64,000 nucleotides of DNA from Amoebidium appalachense (lineage: Eukaryota > Protista > Ichthyosporea). Below are positions 40,787-58,018 of the stretch, one piece after another; position 1 is the first letter of the stretch, and each line of letters opens with the position of its first letter. Under the pieces are notes generated by a model that did no database searches, had not been told where the DNA came from, and was given only the letters and a program-made list of their open reading frames with translations. Position numbers and translations under genes: made by a program. The stretch covers positions 5,108,310 through 5,172,309 of the forward strand of contig CAVNZM010000008.1 of NCBI GenBank assembly GCA_963693365.1, in the 5' to 3' direction.

Positions 40787-41405
40787 GCTCCGTGTCACGG
40801 TGCACGGTGTGCGTGCCCTAGTGGTATCCCCCTCCCCCCCCCCTCCCGGGGGGCGGGGTGGGACCCACCTGGCCGAGTGGGGTGGTGGGTTCCCCCCCCT
40901 CCCCCCCTTACCCCCCTGCATGCGCGTGATCATGGTATTAAAGAGTCCCCGAAGTTTTCACCCACCAAAGACGGTATTCTTTTTGGCCACTGATGCATAG
41001 CCCCCTCCTCCCCCCCCCCCCCCCCCCCCCCCCCCCATACACACACACATACACGTGCACAGACACACACACGCACCACACACACGCACGCGCGCAGTCA
41101 ACCATACATGCACACACACACACACGTGCACGCGCAGCCGTACACGCACACGCACGCGTGCGCGCGCACACACACACACAGTGTCACACACACACACAAA
41201 CACACACATACACACACGCGCACGCGGACACACACAGACACGCACACGCGCGCATGACTGCGCGCGTGTCTGTACACGCACACGCACACACGCACACGCA
41301 CACACACGCACACACAATGTCACACACACACACACACACACACACGTGCACGCGCGGCCGTACACGCACACACACGCACTTCCAACGTTAACCCGTTCGT
41401 GCCCT

Positions 41406-41436
<31 letters not shown>

Positions 41437-41659
41437 GGGGGGGGGGGGGGGGGGAGGGGGGGGGGGGTATGACCGTATGGCATAGCCTGAGTTTCAGGTG
41501 ATCAAGGAATTCTATTAGCCTCAATCAAAGTTTACGTTTTGGCAGTGTGTGTAAACTGCTGCTGCTGATAGTACTCTTATGTGATCAGGTTATCTGATAT
41601 AGTCACATGATGTCATTCTATGGGGTGGGTGGGTCCCCCCCCCCCCCCCCCCCCCCCCG

Positions 41660-41709
<50 letters not shown>

Positions 41710-42235
41710 CAACATACCAAAAGATTTACGTGTGCACAACAATGGTCGATGTTCCGGCCTGTTCTTTTTATGCGCTCTAGATCTGCAACAAGCTGTACCA
41801 AGGTTTGTCTCAAGGGCCACAGGGACCTGCAACCTGCAGCTAACTGTGCAGATGTAACGTGCACGAAAAGCGCCAGTAGAACGACCAAGCCGAACAAAGC
41901 ATAAAGCACGTCTTATAAGCTGCCGTTTTTCAACCACACCCACCGTTAAACTGCTTCCTCTAGCCCCCAGGTGTAAGGCAGTACAAGCAAGAAGAGACTC
42001 CCATGCATGTGTGCTCATGGTGGGCCATTTGGTCCAACAACCTAGCCTTACGGTGGTGAGATTGTCAGAATAAAACAACACTCAGTAAAATAGAGATATA
42101 AATATTTTTTATGAAGAGTATGGCGCTTCATTTGACTTAGTATATGCTTATGGTTTTTTTTCTCTTTTTTTCTCCTGCTGTTTTGGGACGACGTTTTTAG
42201 CCGCTCGCGTTTTTCGCTCCCCGAAACGTTATGCT

Positions 42236-42382
42236 GCTAACACGTACTGACGTGTTGCCGCACGTGCGACGTTATACATCTACTTGTGGCGGCCCTTTTT
42301 GCAAAAATAAAAAATAAAAAATAAAAAAAAGAAAGGGGAGACACCGCCTCAGTATGCCTCAGTATGCCATCATAGGTGGTAG
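42236..42382. mobile_element. Short unclassified hairpin element (inverted relative of 53601-53798)
   Basis: CTAACACGTACTGACGTGTTGCCGCACGTGCG...A-rich...GGAGACACCGCCTCAGTA...GGTGGTAG, flanked by the direct repeat GTTATGCT (42228-42235, 42383-42390). Confidence 0.6.
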
Positions 42383-42500
42383 GTTATGCTCACGGCCATC
42401 TACAATGGCCGTGGATATGCTGCAGAAAGTCGGATCAATTAGGATTGCGCAAACAATCGCTGATCTCTATGTACACACACACGCGCGCGTGCGCACACGT

Positions 42501-42535
<35 letters not shown>

Positions 42536-43149
42536 CACACATACACGTACACACACACACATGTACACACACCGTGACATACGCAGACAAGCAAATTTGT
42601 ACACGCCACACACGTGCACACACACCGTACACACAAACCTTGGCACACATGTGCATGCATGGCGCACGTGTGTACACATGCATCGCCGGGCCAGCGGGTA
42701 GGCACGAGTCCTCCATTGCAACCCCAAAACTATGTAACAGCCTAAAAGGAATATTTATCCTTTTTTTTTCCAAGTTATCACGTTAAAAATATTTTGCCTC
42801 CTGAGGGCCTTTCCGGGGCCCCAAGGGAACTACCGTACATGATACCACACAGCACCGACAGTACACTACCCTAATATTAGGATAGGATATTGATATGCTC
42901 AGCTAAGAAATTTTTGAATTGGAAATGGGCCCCGCCCGGGGGGAGGGGGGGAGAAGAGAGGGGGGGGGGATGGCCCAGGACTGAGTATGTGGTAAATATC
43001 GACGTCCCCCAGGCCTGGTGATAACCCGGGCCCTCCTCCCCCCTCCCCCAAGGTAGCCGCAGCGGTCACCGCCGGGTGGGTGGGTCCCTCCCCCCCCCCC
43101 TCCCCCCCACCTGGGTGAGTGAGGCAGTGACTCCCCCCCCTCCCCCCCC

Positions 43150-45500
<2,351 letters not shown>

Positions 45501-46076
45501 AACCATCATGATGATCATTCAAGCGCGGCTCAGAGGAACAGAGGGCTAAGAGGCCCACTCACGTAGTGCTGAGTGAGAAGCCCGCACAAAAACACAAGGA
45601 TTTCTCAGTCTGTACATACCACAGTGGCTCTGTAGTGTACCACGTATGCCTGTGGCCTGAGTGCGTCCGAAGAAACAGCCGAGGACCTGCGGCTTCAGAG
45701 TTTTCTTTCCAAAGAGAAAACCAATTTGCAAGCCTCCAGCCTCCCCCCCCCCCCCCCCAACCCCCCTGTGCCCTCCCCCCCCCCCCCCCCCCCACCCCCT
45801 GAGCTGCCCCCCTCCCCCTTCCTCCCCCCCCCCCCCTCCCCCCGCCCTGCCCCCCTCCCCCCTGTCCCCCCCCCCCCCCCCCCCACGCACAACACACAGT
45901 CAACCGATGGTGTGCAGACACGTCAAGTTTAACACCCCACCCACCGATTGGCATGGCATCATCACTCCCACCATGCGCACACAAGCATATATACACACGT
46001 GCGGGCGGGCGCGCACTCCCACAAAAAATTGTGCGAATACACACACGCACGTGCGTGCGAACACACACGCACATAT

Positions 46077-46158
<82 letters not shown>

Positions 46159-47655
46159 CTGGCAGTGTCGCACAACGCATGCACTGAGCACATTGTTCGT
46201 GTAGTCAAGCGGGGGCACATCTCTTGACCAGTGTGGTTGAAATGCGGTGGTAGAGGGAACGGCGGAGGAAAAGTTGGCGTAACGGGGTTGACGGGGACTA
46301 TAAAGCGCGCCAGCGGGGGGGGGGGGGGGGGGGGGAGGGAGGGAGGGAGGGGGGGGGGGGGGGGGGGGGAGGGAGTCAGGCTGTGTAAGGGGGAAAGGGG
46401 GGGAGAGGGGGAGGGGGGGGGGGGGGGGGGGGATTCAGATTGAACGGAGGAAACTAAAAATAAGGGAGAGGGAGTCCAGCCGAGGAGGAGAGGTTGCGGG
46501 GAAAAGAGACACACCGACAATGGTGCTCCCTTGTAGTGGAAACGGCTCGAGGCCATAACCCACAGTTTTCAAGTTCATGTATCATAGACAGACGGGCAAT
46601 CCGTCTTACTACCATGCGTGCGCCCAGTGCACATGTAGTATGTTAACACCGTCCTAGGGCCATGCCCACGTTAGACTCTCCCACCCCTTCTCCTTGACAT
46701 TGTCTGATTTGCTACGTGGAAGTGGATATGTATGTCACCAGTAAACTGGATTCTAACAACCCCTACCCGCATTCTTCCGTCCCCCCCCCCCCAACCCCCT
46801 TCTTCTCACCTTCTAAACAAATTAAAGGGAGAGGAAGTGGGCGGACGGAAGAGGAGCTCGAGGGAGTCACCAGCTTTGGGGGGTGGTGGTCGCCGTGGTG
46901 GTGGGGGGAAGGGGGTATCAGTGAGAGAGGAAATGTAGAGACAAAAGCGCTGAGCCTCAGCTGATAGGCCTCTATATAATGGCTCAACACAGGTGTTAAC
47001 TGCGCATGGTCCGACGAGCTCTCTCTCTCTTTCACCGTCATTACCTTCCCCCCTCCCTCTCCTTTCTCCATTGCACCCCACCAAGCACACAATTTCAACA
47101 TGTACCGAGCCCTCTTGACTTCCGATCAAATAAAGAGGAAGGAGCAGAATGAGTGTAATAATTGGTAAGAACGAATCTCGCAGCTCAGGGGTTCCCTGGG
47201 GGGGGGGAGGGGGGGGGGGGGGGGGGGAGATGCAGCGGAGCAACAGGGGCATTTCAAGTGTACGAAATTCTGTCACATTTCACCATTAGCAGCACAAAGC
47301 ACAGATATTTATCCTCGTTGCTTTTCAGCTATTTATTACGAACATTAATAATCAGCATCTGGTATAATCCGGTCCGTTACAACAACGATAGTATCATAAG
47401 AACCACATGCAGATGTATGTGCGGCTTGATTATGGGGATCATTGCCTATACGGGTTCAATGTGGGGAATACAGCTCAGGTCCCCACCCTTGCACATACAC
47501 ACACATACAGGCGCGCGCGCGCACACACACACACACGCGCGCGCGCGCACACACACCCACACACCCACACACAATGTTATTGAGTTCAAAATGTTCTGTG
47601 CATATCCTCAGCTTGCATCCCGATTTCACGGCCTTTCTATGTTTTCCTAAGGATT

Positions 47656-48399
47656 CTAATCGGTGCAACCTTTCCACGAAGTAATCAGAGAACCATCATT
47701 GTAGTCCACTTTACGACACCAGCGTTTGCCGTTACAATCACAGTCCGTCTCACAAGCGCTAATCATAGATCCTGTGCCAGAACGCTCGGATCTTTCCACC
47801 GCTGTGTATTTGGGGTCCCTGCAAGACAGCCCAGTTTCGCTATCACGAGCAGCAACTTTGTCACCCGTGCAATATCCAGCCCACGTGCACGCTCTCCACC
47901 CGTCGCAGTCGCATTCAGTTCTACACTGGTAGCCGTTTTGAGGCCCCTCCGTACCTACATAGGTGTCGGACTTCACGCAGGAGCCATCCTTGTACATTGG
48001 AGCGGTTCTCTTGAAGTTGTCGAGATATTTTTTGCCCAACCTCGATGCGCCCAGACGTTCACCACGCTTTTTGTAGCTGCCGCTCGGCCGGGATCTATAC
48101 AGGTACGGCCGGTAGGGACTATCCTCCTCGTGGTAATCCTTGGCACCCACTTTGTATTCGGGCCAGTTGTTGTCTTTTGTGTCAAATTCGTCAAAGTTCC
48201 GTTTGGAGGGCCGCGCCAGCTCACCCTCCTCCTCCGGATATCGGTTGTGTGGGTAGTTGGCACGTTTGTGGACACGAGGTAGAGGAGATGTGATTCCATG
48301 TGCGTCTGCGCCGCCGCCCGCTGCTAGAAGCACAACGAGAGCGAAGGCCAGAGGGATAAGGAGGAGGGACAGGGGTTTGTGCGCTCGTTGGGTGTCCAT
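47656..48399 (-). CDS. Secreted cysteine-rich prepro-protein, copy A (247 aa, intronless)
   Basis: Kozak-like CACCATGG; hydrophobic signal (LSLLLIPLAFALVVLLAAGGGADA); dibasic sites HKR, SKR, KKR, GKK, FKR; two 6-Cys modules with a C-x3-CDC-x-G-x-R-x-C core. Confidence 0.85.
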   Translation of the reverse strand: MDTQRAHKPLSLLLIPLAFALVVLLAAGGGADAHGITSPLPRVHKRANYPHNRYPEEEGELARPSKRNFDEFDTKDNNWPEYKVGAKDYHEEDSPYRPYLYRSRPSGSYKKRGERLGASRLGKKYLDNFKRTAPMYKDGSCVKSDTYVGTEGPQNGYQCRTECDCDGWRACTWAGYCTGDKVAARDSETGLSCRDPKYTAVERSERSGTGSMISACETDCDCNGKRWCRKVDYNDGSLITSWKGCTD

Positions 48400-49293
48400 G
48401 GTGAGGTACGCAGAGGGAGTGAAGGCACGAGGCGTATAGAACAGTAAGTGAATGGAGGCTACAAGCACAGGGACACCACGAAACTCTGCCGCTCGAAACA
48501 CTCCTCTGCCTGTTGTTATCGACAGAGGGTTGTGGGCGTGGCTTCACGATAGCTCGCGCTTGTGTGTGTTTTTCAAAGTTTTTAACGCGAGGCCTAAGTT
48601 ATGGTCGGTGTGCAAGCTCACACCGTCCTCTCATAAGATCTTGCTTGTGGCTCACGGCGGCGCGGCGCGGACACTCATTTTCTTTCTTTACGTGCTCTTG
48701 TGTATGTACTCTGAGGTGATTTCGCTTGCTCTTTCCATCTGTTTATCCCTCCCTCTCTTTCCTCTGGTTTCTGTGTGACCCCGTATTTCTTTCTGTGCGA
48801 TGTTCGCTATGATGTACTACTGTAGATCGGGCTCTTTTTAAACTCTGGAATGTCAACGAATGTGACTTGATCCAATCTGGAATCCCTAAACTTTATCACA
48901 ATATCATAGGAATGTGGAACCAAATGACGTAACATCTATCATGATAATTGCTCAGTGTTTTTTGAAGTTCGTATTAGTTCCGAGACACCAGACAAGCCTT
49001 GAAAAATCATAAAGCCAACAGGTATCCTTTTTGTACTTTTGAAATGGTTTGAATCACTAGTTTTTGTCCTCACAACATGTTCTTTCAACCGTCGGCTAAT
49101 CACTGTTTCAAGTGAGTGTATTATACAACAAGACAGATTTAACACTGGAATGCCATCATCATGGCCAGGAGATCGACTATCAATTCGAATATTCATCAAA
49201 TACAATGGATTGTGATGGATACTGGGAGAGCCCGATACCTAGGAAACGTGTGTGTGTACATGTGTGTGTGTGCGTGTGCGTGTGCGTGTGCGT

Positions 49294-49368
<75 letters not shown>

Positions 49369-49370
49369 TA

Positions 49371-49494
<124 letters not shown>

Positions 49495-49850
49495 GTGTGT
49501 GTATGCACGTGTGTATGTGTACGTGCGTCATGCACATGTGTGCGTGTGTCAGTCAGCGGGGTTTGTGTGTGTCTGTGTGTGTATGCATGTGTGTGAAGGT
49601 GTGAAGTTGTGTACGTTTAGCTGCATTAGTGTGTGTGTGTGTAATGTGTGTGTGTGTGTGTGCGCGCGCGCGTGTCCAGTGGTGTGTGTGTGCCTGTTAA
49701 CGTTGTGGGTTTGTACGTGTGCGTGTGTGTGCAGCTCGACAGTGTCACTTTTCAAGGGGGAAACAGACTCAGAGAGAAGTCCTCGGAAGGGGGGTGGGGG
49801 GGGGAAGCCTTGGGGGAGGAGGGAGAGAGAGAGAGAGAGAGAGACACACA

Positions 49851-50003
<153 letters not shown>

Positions 50004-50299
50004 CACAAAGAGGGAGAGAGAGGGGGGGGGGGTGGAGAAAGAGAGAGAGCCTCCCTCCGGGGTGGGGGGAGGGGGGGGGGAGAGGGAGAAAGAGAGAGGG
50101 GGGGGGGGGGGGAGAACGAGCAAGCGGGAGACAGCAGGAGGGAATGAGAAGGGAGGGAGGGGAGCAGGAGGAGGGGGGGGGGGAGAGAGAGAGAAAACTC
50201 GCGAGAGAGACAGAGAGAGAGAGAGAGAGAAAGCTCGCGAGAGAGATACGTGCCAGGAGAGTGGAGCGAGGGGTTAGGGAAGGGGGAAGGAAAGAGCCT

Positions 50300-50447
<148 letters not shown>

Positions 50448-50458
50448 AGCGCACATAT

Positions 50459-50509
<51 letters not shown>

Positions 50510-51274
50510 CACACACACACACACACAAACCTTGCAGTGTCGCACAAGCATGCACTGAGCACATTGTTCGTGTATTCACGCCTGGGCACATCTCTTAACC
50601 AGTGTGGTTGAAATGCGGTGGTAAAGAATGGGCGGAGGAAATGTTGGCGTACCGGGGTTGACGGGGACTATAAAGCGCGCCGGGGGGGGGGGGGGGGGGA
50701 GGGGGGGGGGGGGGGGGAGAGTGAGTCAGGCTATGTAAGGGGGGGAAGGGGGGGAGAGGGGAGGGGGGGGGGGGACACCCTATTGGTTTATAGTAGCCTG
50801 AGGCTTCGGATTGAACGAAGGAAACTAAAAGTAAGGGAGAGGAGTGCAGGCCAGGAGGAGAGGTTGCGGGAAAAAGAGACACACCGACATTGGCGCTCCC
50901 TTGTACGGTTCGGGGCCATAACCCACAGTTTTCAAGTTCATGTATCATAGACAGACGGGCAATCCGTCTTACTACCATGCGTGCTCCCAGTGCACATGTA
51001 GTATGTTAACACCGTCCTAGGGCCATGCCCACGTTAGACTCTCCCACCCCTTCTCCTTGACATTGTCTGATTTGCTACGTGGAAGTGGATATGTATGTCA
51101 CCAGTAAACTGGATTCTAACAACCCCTACCCGCATTCTTCCCGTCCCCCCCCCCCCCCCCCCCCAACCCCCTTCTTCTCACCTTCTAAACAAAGTAAAGG
51201 GAGAGGAAGTGGGCGGACGGAAGAGGAGCTCGAGGGAGTCACCAGCTTTGGGGGGTGGTGGTCACCGTGGTGGT

Positions 51275-51306
<32 letters not shown>

Positions 51307-51903
51307 ATCAGTGAGAGAGGAAATGTAGAGACAAAAGCGCTGAGCCTCAGCTGATAGGCCTCTATATAATGGCTCAACACAGGTGTTAACTGGGCATGGT
51401 CCGACGAGCTCTCTCTCTCTTTCACCGTTATTACCTTCCCCCTCCCTCTCCTTTCTCCATTGCACCCCACCAAGCACACAATTTCAACATGTACCGAGCC
51501 CTCTTGACTTCCGATCAAATAAAGAGGAAGGAGCAGAATGAGTGTAATAATTGGTAAGAACGAATCTTGCAGCTCAGGGGTTCCCTCGGGGGGGGGGGGG
51601 GGGGGGGGAGGGGGGGGGATGCAGCGGAGCAACAGGGGCATTTCAAGTGTACGGGATTCTGTCACATTTCACCATTAGCAGCACAAAGCACAGATATTTA
51701 TCCTCGTTGCTTTTCAGCTATTTATTACGAACATTAATAATCTGCATATGGTATGATCCGGTCCGTTACAACAACGATAGTATTAGAACCACATGCATAT
51801 GTAAGTGCGGCTTAATTATGGGGATCATTGCCTATACGGGTTCAATGTGGGGAATACAGCTCAGGTCCCCACCCTTGCACATACACACACATACACGCCC
51901 GCG

Positions 51904-51942
<39 letters not shown>

Positions 51943-52027
51943 TGTTATTAAGTTCAAAATGTTCTGTACCGTATATCCTCAGCTTGCATCCCGATTTCAC
52001 GTCCTTTCTATGTTTTCCTAAAGGATT

Positions 52028-52759
52028 CTAATAATTATAGCAACCATTCCACGAAGTAATCAGAAAACCATCATTGTAGTCCACTTTTTGACACCGGCGT
52101 GTGCCGTTACAATCACAGTCCGTCTCACAAGGGTTAATATATTTTCCTGCGCCAGAAAGCTGAGATCTTTCCACCGTTGTGTATGTGGGATCCGTGCAAG
52201 AATCGCTCTCACGATATCTGTTACCCATGCAATATCCAGCCCACGAGCATGCTCTCCACCCGTCGCAGTCGCATTCAGTTCTACACTGGTAGCCGTTTTG
52301 AGGCCCCTCCGTACCTACATAGGTGTCGGACTTCACGCAGGAGCCATCCTTGTACATTGGAGCGGTTCTCTTGAAGTTGTCGAGATATTTTTTGCCCAAT
52401 CTCGATGCGCCCAGACGTTCACCACGCTTTTTGTAGCTGCCGCTCGGCCGGGATCTATACAGGTACGGCCGGTAGGGACTATCCTCCTCGTGGTAATCCT
52501 TGGCACCCACTTTGTATTCGGGCCAGTTGTTGTCTTTTGTGTCAAATTCGTCAAAGTTCCGTTTGGAGGGCCGCGCCAGCTCACCCTCCTCCTCCGGATA
52601 TCGGTTGTGTGGGTAGTTGGCACGTTTGTGGACACGAGGTAGAGGAGATGTGATTCCATGTGCGTCTGCGCCGCGGCCCGCTGCTAGAAGCACAACGAGA
52701 GCGAAGGCCAGAGGGATAAGGAGGAGGGACAGGGGTTTGTGCGCTCGTTGGGTGTCCAT
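52028..52759 (-). CDS. Secreted cysteine-rich prepro-protein, copy B (243 aa, intronless)
   Basis: Identical to copy A over the first ~170 aa apart from one G/R change; the second Cys module differs. Confidence 0.85.
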   Translation of the reverse strand: MDTQRAHKPLSLLLIPLAFALVVLLAAGRGADAHGITSPLPRVHKRANYPHNRYPEEEGELARPSKRNFDEFDTKDNNWPEYKVGAKDYHEEDSPYRPYLYRSRPSGSYKKRGERLGASRLGKKYLDNFKRTAPMYKDGSCVKSDTYVGTEGPQNGYQCRTECDCDGWRACSWAGYCMGNRYRESDSCTDPTYTTVERSQLSGAGKYINPCETDCDCNGTRRCQKVDYNDGFLITSWNGCYNY

Positions 52760-53600
52760 GGTGAGGTACGCAGAGGGAGTGAAGGCACAAGGCGTATAGA
52801 ACAGTAAGTGAATGGAGGCTACAAGCACAGGGACACCACGAAACTCTGCCGTCGAAACACTCTTCTGCCTGTTGTTATCGACAGAGGGTTGTGGGCGTGG
52901 CTTCACGATAGCTCGAGGTTGTGTGTGTTTTTCAAAGTTTTTAACGCGAGGCCTCAGTTATGGTCGTTGTGCAAGCTCACACCGTCCTCTCATAAGATCT
53001 TGCTTGTGGCTCACGGCGGCGCGGCGCGGACACATCTCATTTTCTTTCTTTACGTGCTCTTGTGTATGTACTCTGAGGTGATTTCGCTTGCTCTTTCCAT
53101 CTGTTTATCCCTCCCTCTCTTTCCTCTGGTTTCTGTGTGACCCCGTATTTCTTTCTGTGCGATGTTCGCTATGGTGTACTAGATCGGGCTCACTCTCTGC
53201 AGGCTTTTTTTTAACTCTGGAATGCCAACGAATGTGACTTGATCCAATCCGGAAACTCTAAACTTTATCACAATATCATAGGAATGTGGAACCAAATGAC
53301 GTAACATCTATCATGATAATTGCTCAGTGTTTTTTGAAGTTCGTATTAGTTCCGAGACACCAGACAAGCCTTGAAAAATCATAAAGCCAACAGGTATCCT
53401 TTTTGTACTTTTGAAATGGTTTGAATCACTAGTTTTTGTCCTCACAACATGTGCTTTCAACCGTCGGCTAATCACCAAGTGAGTGTATCTTACAACAGGA
53501 CAGATTTAACCCTGGAATGCCATCATCATGGCCAGGAGATCGACTATCAATTCGAATATTCATCAACTACGATGGATTGTGATGGATACTGGGAGAGCCC

Positions 53601-53798
53601 TACATACCACCTACTGAGGCGGTGTCTCCTTTCTTTTTTTTTTTTTTCTTTTTTTTTTTTTTTTTATTACTTAAAAGGGACCTAGATGTTAAACGCCGCA
53701 CGTGCGGCAACACGTCAGTACGTGTTAGAAGTTTTGCGTGTTGCCGCCTGAGTAGATGGTAAACGTCGCACGTGCGGCAACACGTCAGTACGTGTTAG
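53601..53798. mobile_element. Short unclassified insertion with 10-bp TSD (GGGAGAGCCC)
   Basis: Absent from the empty paralogous site at ~49224-49233; TSD at 53591-53600 and 53799-53808; duplicated double-hairpin terminus. Confidence 0.8.
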
Positions 53799-53863
53799 GG
53801 GAGAGCCCGATACCTAGGAAAGGTGTGTGTGTAGTGTGTACATGTGTGTGTGTGCGTGTGCGT

Positions 53864-54038
<175 letters not shown>

Positions 54039-54365
54039 GTGTGTGTATGCACGTGTGTATGTGTATGTGTGTGTGTGTCATGTACATGTGTGCGTGTGTC
54101 AGTCAGCGGCGTTTGTGTGGGTACGTGCGTATGTGTGTGTGTGTCTGTGTGTGTATGCATGTGTGGATATGAAGGTGTGAAGTTGTGTACGTTTAGCTGC
54201 ATTAGTGTGTGGGTGTGTAATGTGTGTGTTGTGTGTGTGTGCGCGCGTGTCCAGTGGTGTGTGTGCCTGTTAACGTTGTGTGTGTGTACGTGTGCGTGTG
54301 TGTGCAGATCTCTCGACAGTGTCACTTTTCAAGGGGGAAACAGACTCACAGAGAAAGCCTCGGAA

Positions 54366-54403
<38 letters not shown>

Positions 54404-54419
54404 GGGGGGGGGGGGGGAG

Positions 54420-54890
<471 letters not shown>

Positions 54891-56086
54891 GCCAGAGTTT
54901 CCATCCGAGAATCAGTGAGCAGGTGGCAAGCGAGGTGTGATGTCACCGCTACAAACATGCATATGCATGAAGGGCACGTATGCCATAGCTATCGGTAACC
55001 CGCGACCGGTCCGTGGCAACACATCAGGACATGGCAGTTATGTGATTGCAGCACACTTGAGACCCGTACTGCCCCCCACTTGCACAGGCGGCGCGTTTGA
55101 TAATAGCTAGACCAGGGGAAGAGGGGGAAGGGGGGGGGGGGGGGGGGGGGAGGGAGGGGGGGGGGGGGGGGGGGGGGGGGGGTATTTGCATACTCTCCTG
55201 AAGTCCGCGTCATTTAGGGCCCCCGTTAATGATAAGAGCTCCTTCCGATAAAGCAGAGAATGAATGGAAAAGAAAAGGGAAACACGTGTTTCCGTTGTAC
55301 TGGGCCTCACACATGATGATGGCTTCGTCCACCCATCGCGAACCCGCACATGCTTGCTACATATCGATGGCCCTTGGCTCTCTGCACACTCTCCCCTACG
55401 GTTTGCCAAGAAAGGTTCATTGTGACGGTACGAATCAATGGCAATACAGCTCTGTGACCCACATATGTATCATCATCCGGGTTTAACAGTGTACCACTAA
55501 CAGTAACAGTTTGGGAAAGTTTCTTTTTTTTCTTTCTTTCTTCTTTTTTTTTTTGGTGGTTGGTCACGATATAGCCGGGCAGTACCCATTTTAAGGTAAA
55601 TTCTTCCGATCACGATACAATTTCAGTTATATAAATTTGGGCAAACTGAAGGGATGGCCTTGGTCTTCATTGAACTTCGGACCAGAACAAACATTTTTCA
55701 TCGTAGAGGGATCAAAAACGAGGGGGGGGGGGGGGGGGGGGGGGAGAGAGAGAGAGAGAAGGTGGTGGTGGTGGAGAGGGGGGTGGGGGCCCGGGGGGGG
55801 AGGGGGGGGGGGGGGGGGGGTCCTCTTGGCTTCCGTCGACACTATTTATACCCGTTCGCTTCAGACCCAACAGTTTCCCTGGCTGTAATTCGAATGAATA
55901 TTCTGCTACTTTCGAAGTAACGTTCGCCTTGCCACCATTCCACACCTGAAGGGAAATCTTCTGACAACAATATCTAATATCGATAGTTGTTCAGACCGGC
56001 GCTTTAGTAAGTTAGTAGATAACCCCCCCTCCCCCCTCTTGCCCCTCCCCCCTCCCCCTCCCCCCCCCCCACACGCACACACATCA

Positions 56087-56133
<47 letters not shown>

Positions 56134-57371
56134 AACACACACACTCTCATCCAAAGCACATCTGCTAAGCAGATCATTATCAGCCGGGTAGATTTACTCA
56201 CTAGGGGCCAAGTCTACAATGGGCTACCTACAAGTATGCTTGCTCGAAAGTTCCCGGGGGGGGGGGGGGGGGGGAGGGGAGGGGGGGGGGGAGGGGGGGG
56301 GGGAGGGAGGGAGGGGACGGTTTGGAGAAAGTGTCCTGCATGGTGATGCAGTTCTAAACCAATCCCATATACCGTCTCTGCGAGTCATATAATTAGAATT
56401 AGAATTAGAGTTAGAGTCATTAGAATTATTATTGCACCCAGTGGTCCATATGTTTGACAATTTGATCTGCGATCTAACTTACATACAGTAACTGTTTGGG
56501 TTAGATTAGCAAGGCCTCGTAAAAGTGAACAGGGAGGCCTTGGTTAAGTTTTTTTTTTCAAAGTTGGGGGGGGGGGGAGGGGGGGGGGGGAAGAGGGGAG
56601 GAGGGGGGCGCGGGGAGAGGGGGGAGGGGGGCGGCAAGATATAATCCGGGGCAGCGGCCATCTGAAGATAGATTTATCTTTAGTACTAAGTACTAGTATC
56701 ATGCTCACCGTACAGTCAGTTCGTGTGTGTGTGCGCTGTGTGTGTAGTGGGGGGGGGGGGAGGGGGCGGAGGGGGGGGGGAATGTGTGTAGTGTGTGTGT
56801 GGTGTGGGTGAATATATCCGCATGTACATGTGCACGGTGCACATCACCGGTATGTGCACTGGCCTGGAGTAATGTGTGTGGACGGTACACGTGACTGTAT
56901 GCAGGTATATTTGAACAGGACTAAAGCTTAGGCGAGTGCGTGTGTGTGCGCCTGCGTTGGGGAGGCTGGGGGGGGGGGGGGGGGGGGGGGGGGGGGAGGG
57001 CGGATGATTGTGCAGCGAAGCCTGGATGTTAGGTTATGAGGACTCCGCTCGGTGCTAAATCGCGGCTTTTAAATTTTATATATATAATCAGGTCCGATAG
57101 GGTCGGTCCCTTCCCCCCCCCCCCCCCCCCCCCCCCCAGGCCACCTGCTCAAGTGAGTGGTTCTTCCCTCCCTCCCCTCCCCCCCCCCCACATTTTTGAC
57201 CAGCGATGAGCACCCGACATGAACATGCAGATACACTCAGCCACACCACACACACATACATTCCCTGCCACACAGATACGCCGCCACGAACACTGCATGG
57301 TTTAACTTAGCACGATAGTTTGGCCCCCAATACTAACTTGGAAGTAGTTGACCGTTGCATGTGTGTGTGAC

Positions 57372-57503
<132 letters not shown>

Positions 57504-57987
57504 TGTGTGTGTGTGTGCGTGTGTGCGCACGTGCACATGCATTTACTTGTGTAAACGAGCAGAGGGAGAGAGGGGAGGAGGGGGGGGCAGGAGAGGGGAG
57601 AAGGTAAGTTAGGCTGGAGGGGCCGAGGGGAGGGGGGTTTAAGGAGGAGGGGTCGTTACTAAAATGTTATATACCTAAGAGCTAAGGTGAGGGAGGGGGG
57701 GAGGGGGAGGAGGTGAGTTGCCGGGAGGGGCCAAGGGGGGGGGGGGGGGGGGGGGGGGGGGAGGGGGGGGTCGGGCTGTTTACTCGGAAAGGAAGGGGCA
57801 CATAGTACACATTTTCAGCCGACAACACAATGCAGGCCTTGCAAAGAATACTCAATCATTCCAGAACTAACTAAGGGGTGGGAAATGTGTGCGTACATAT
57901 GTGTGTGCACGGTGTGTGTTTGTGTGTGCGTGTGTGTGTGTGTGTGGTGCGCGTGTGGTGCGTGTGTGTCTATGTGTGCGTGTATGT

Positions 57988-58018
<31 letters not shown>

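Noticed and set aside
48400-48501. Upstream non-ATG extensions of the Cys-rich ORFs given by the ORF track
   Set aside because: The Kozak-context ATG directly before the signal peptide is the better start.
53690-53798. Hammerhead ribozyme
   Set aside because: The CTGANGA...GAAA core is not present.
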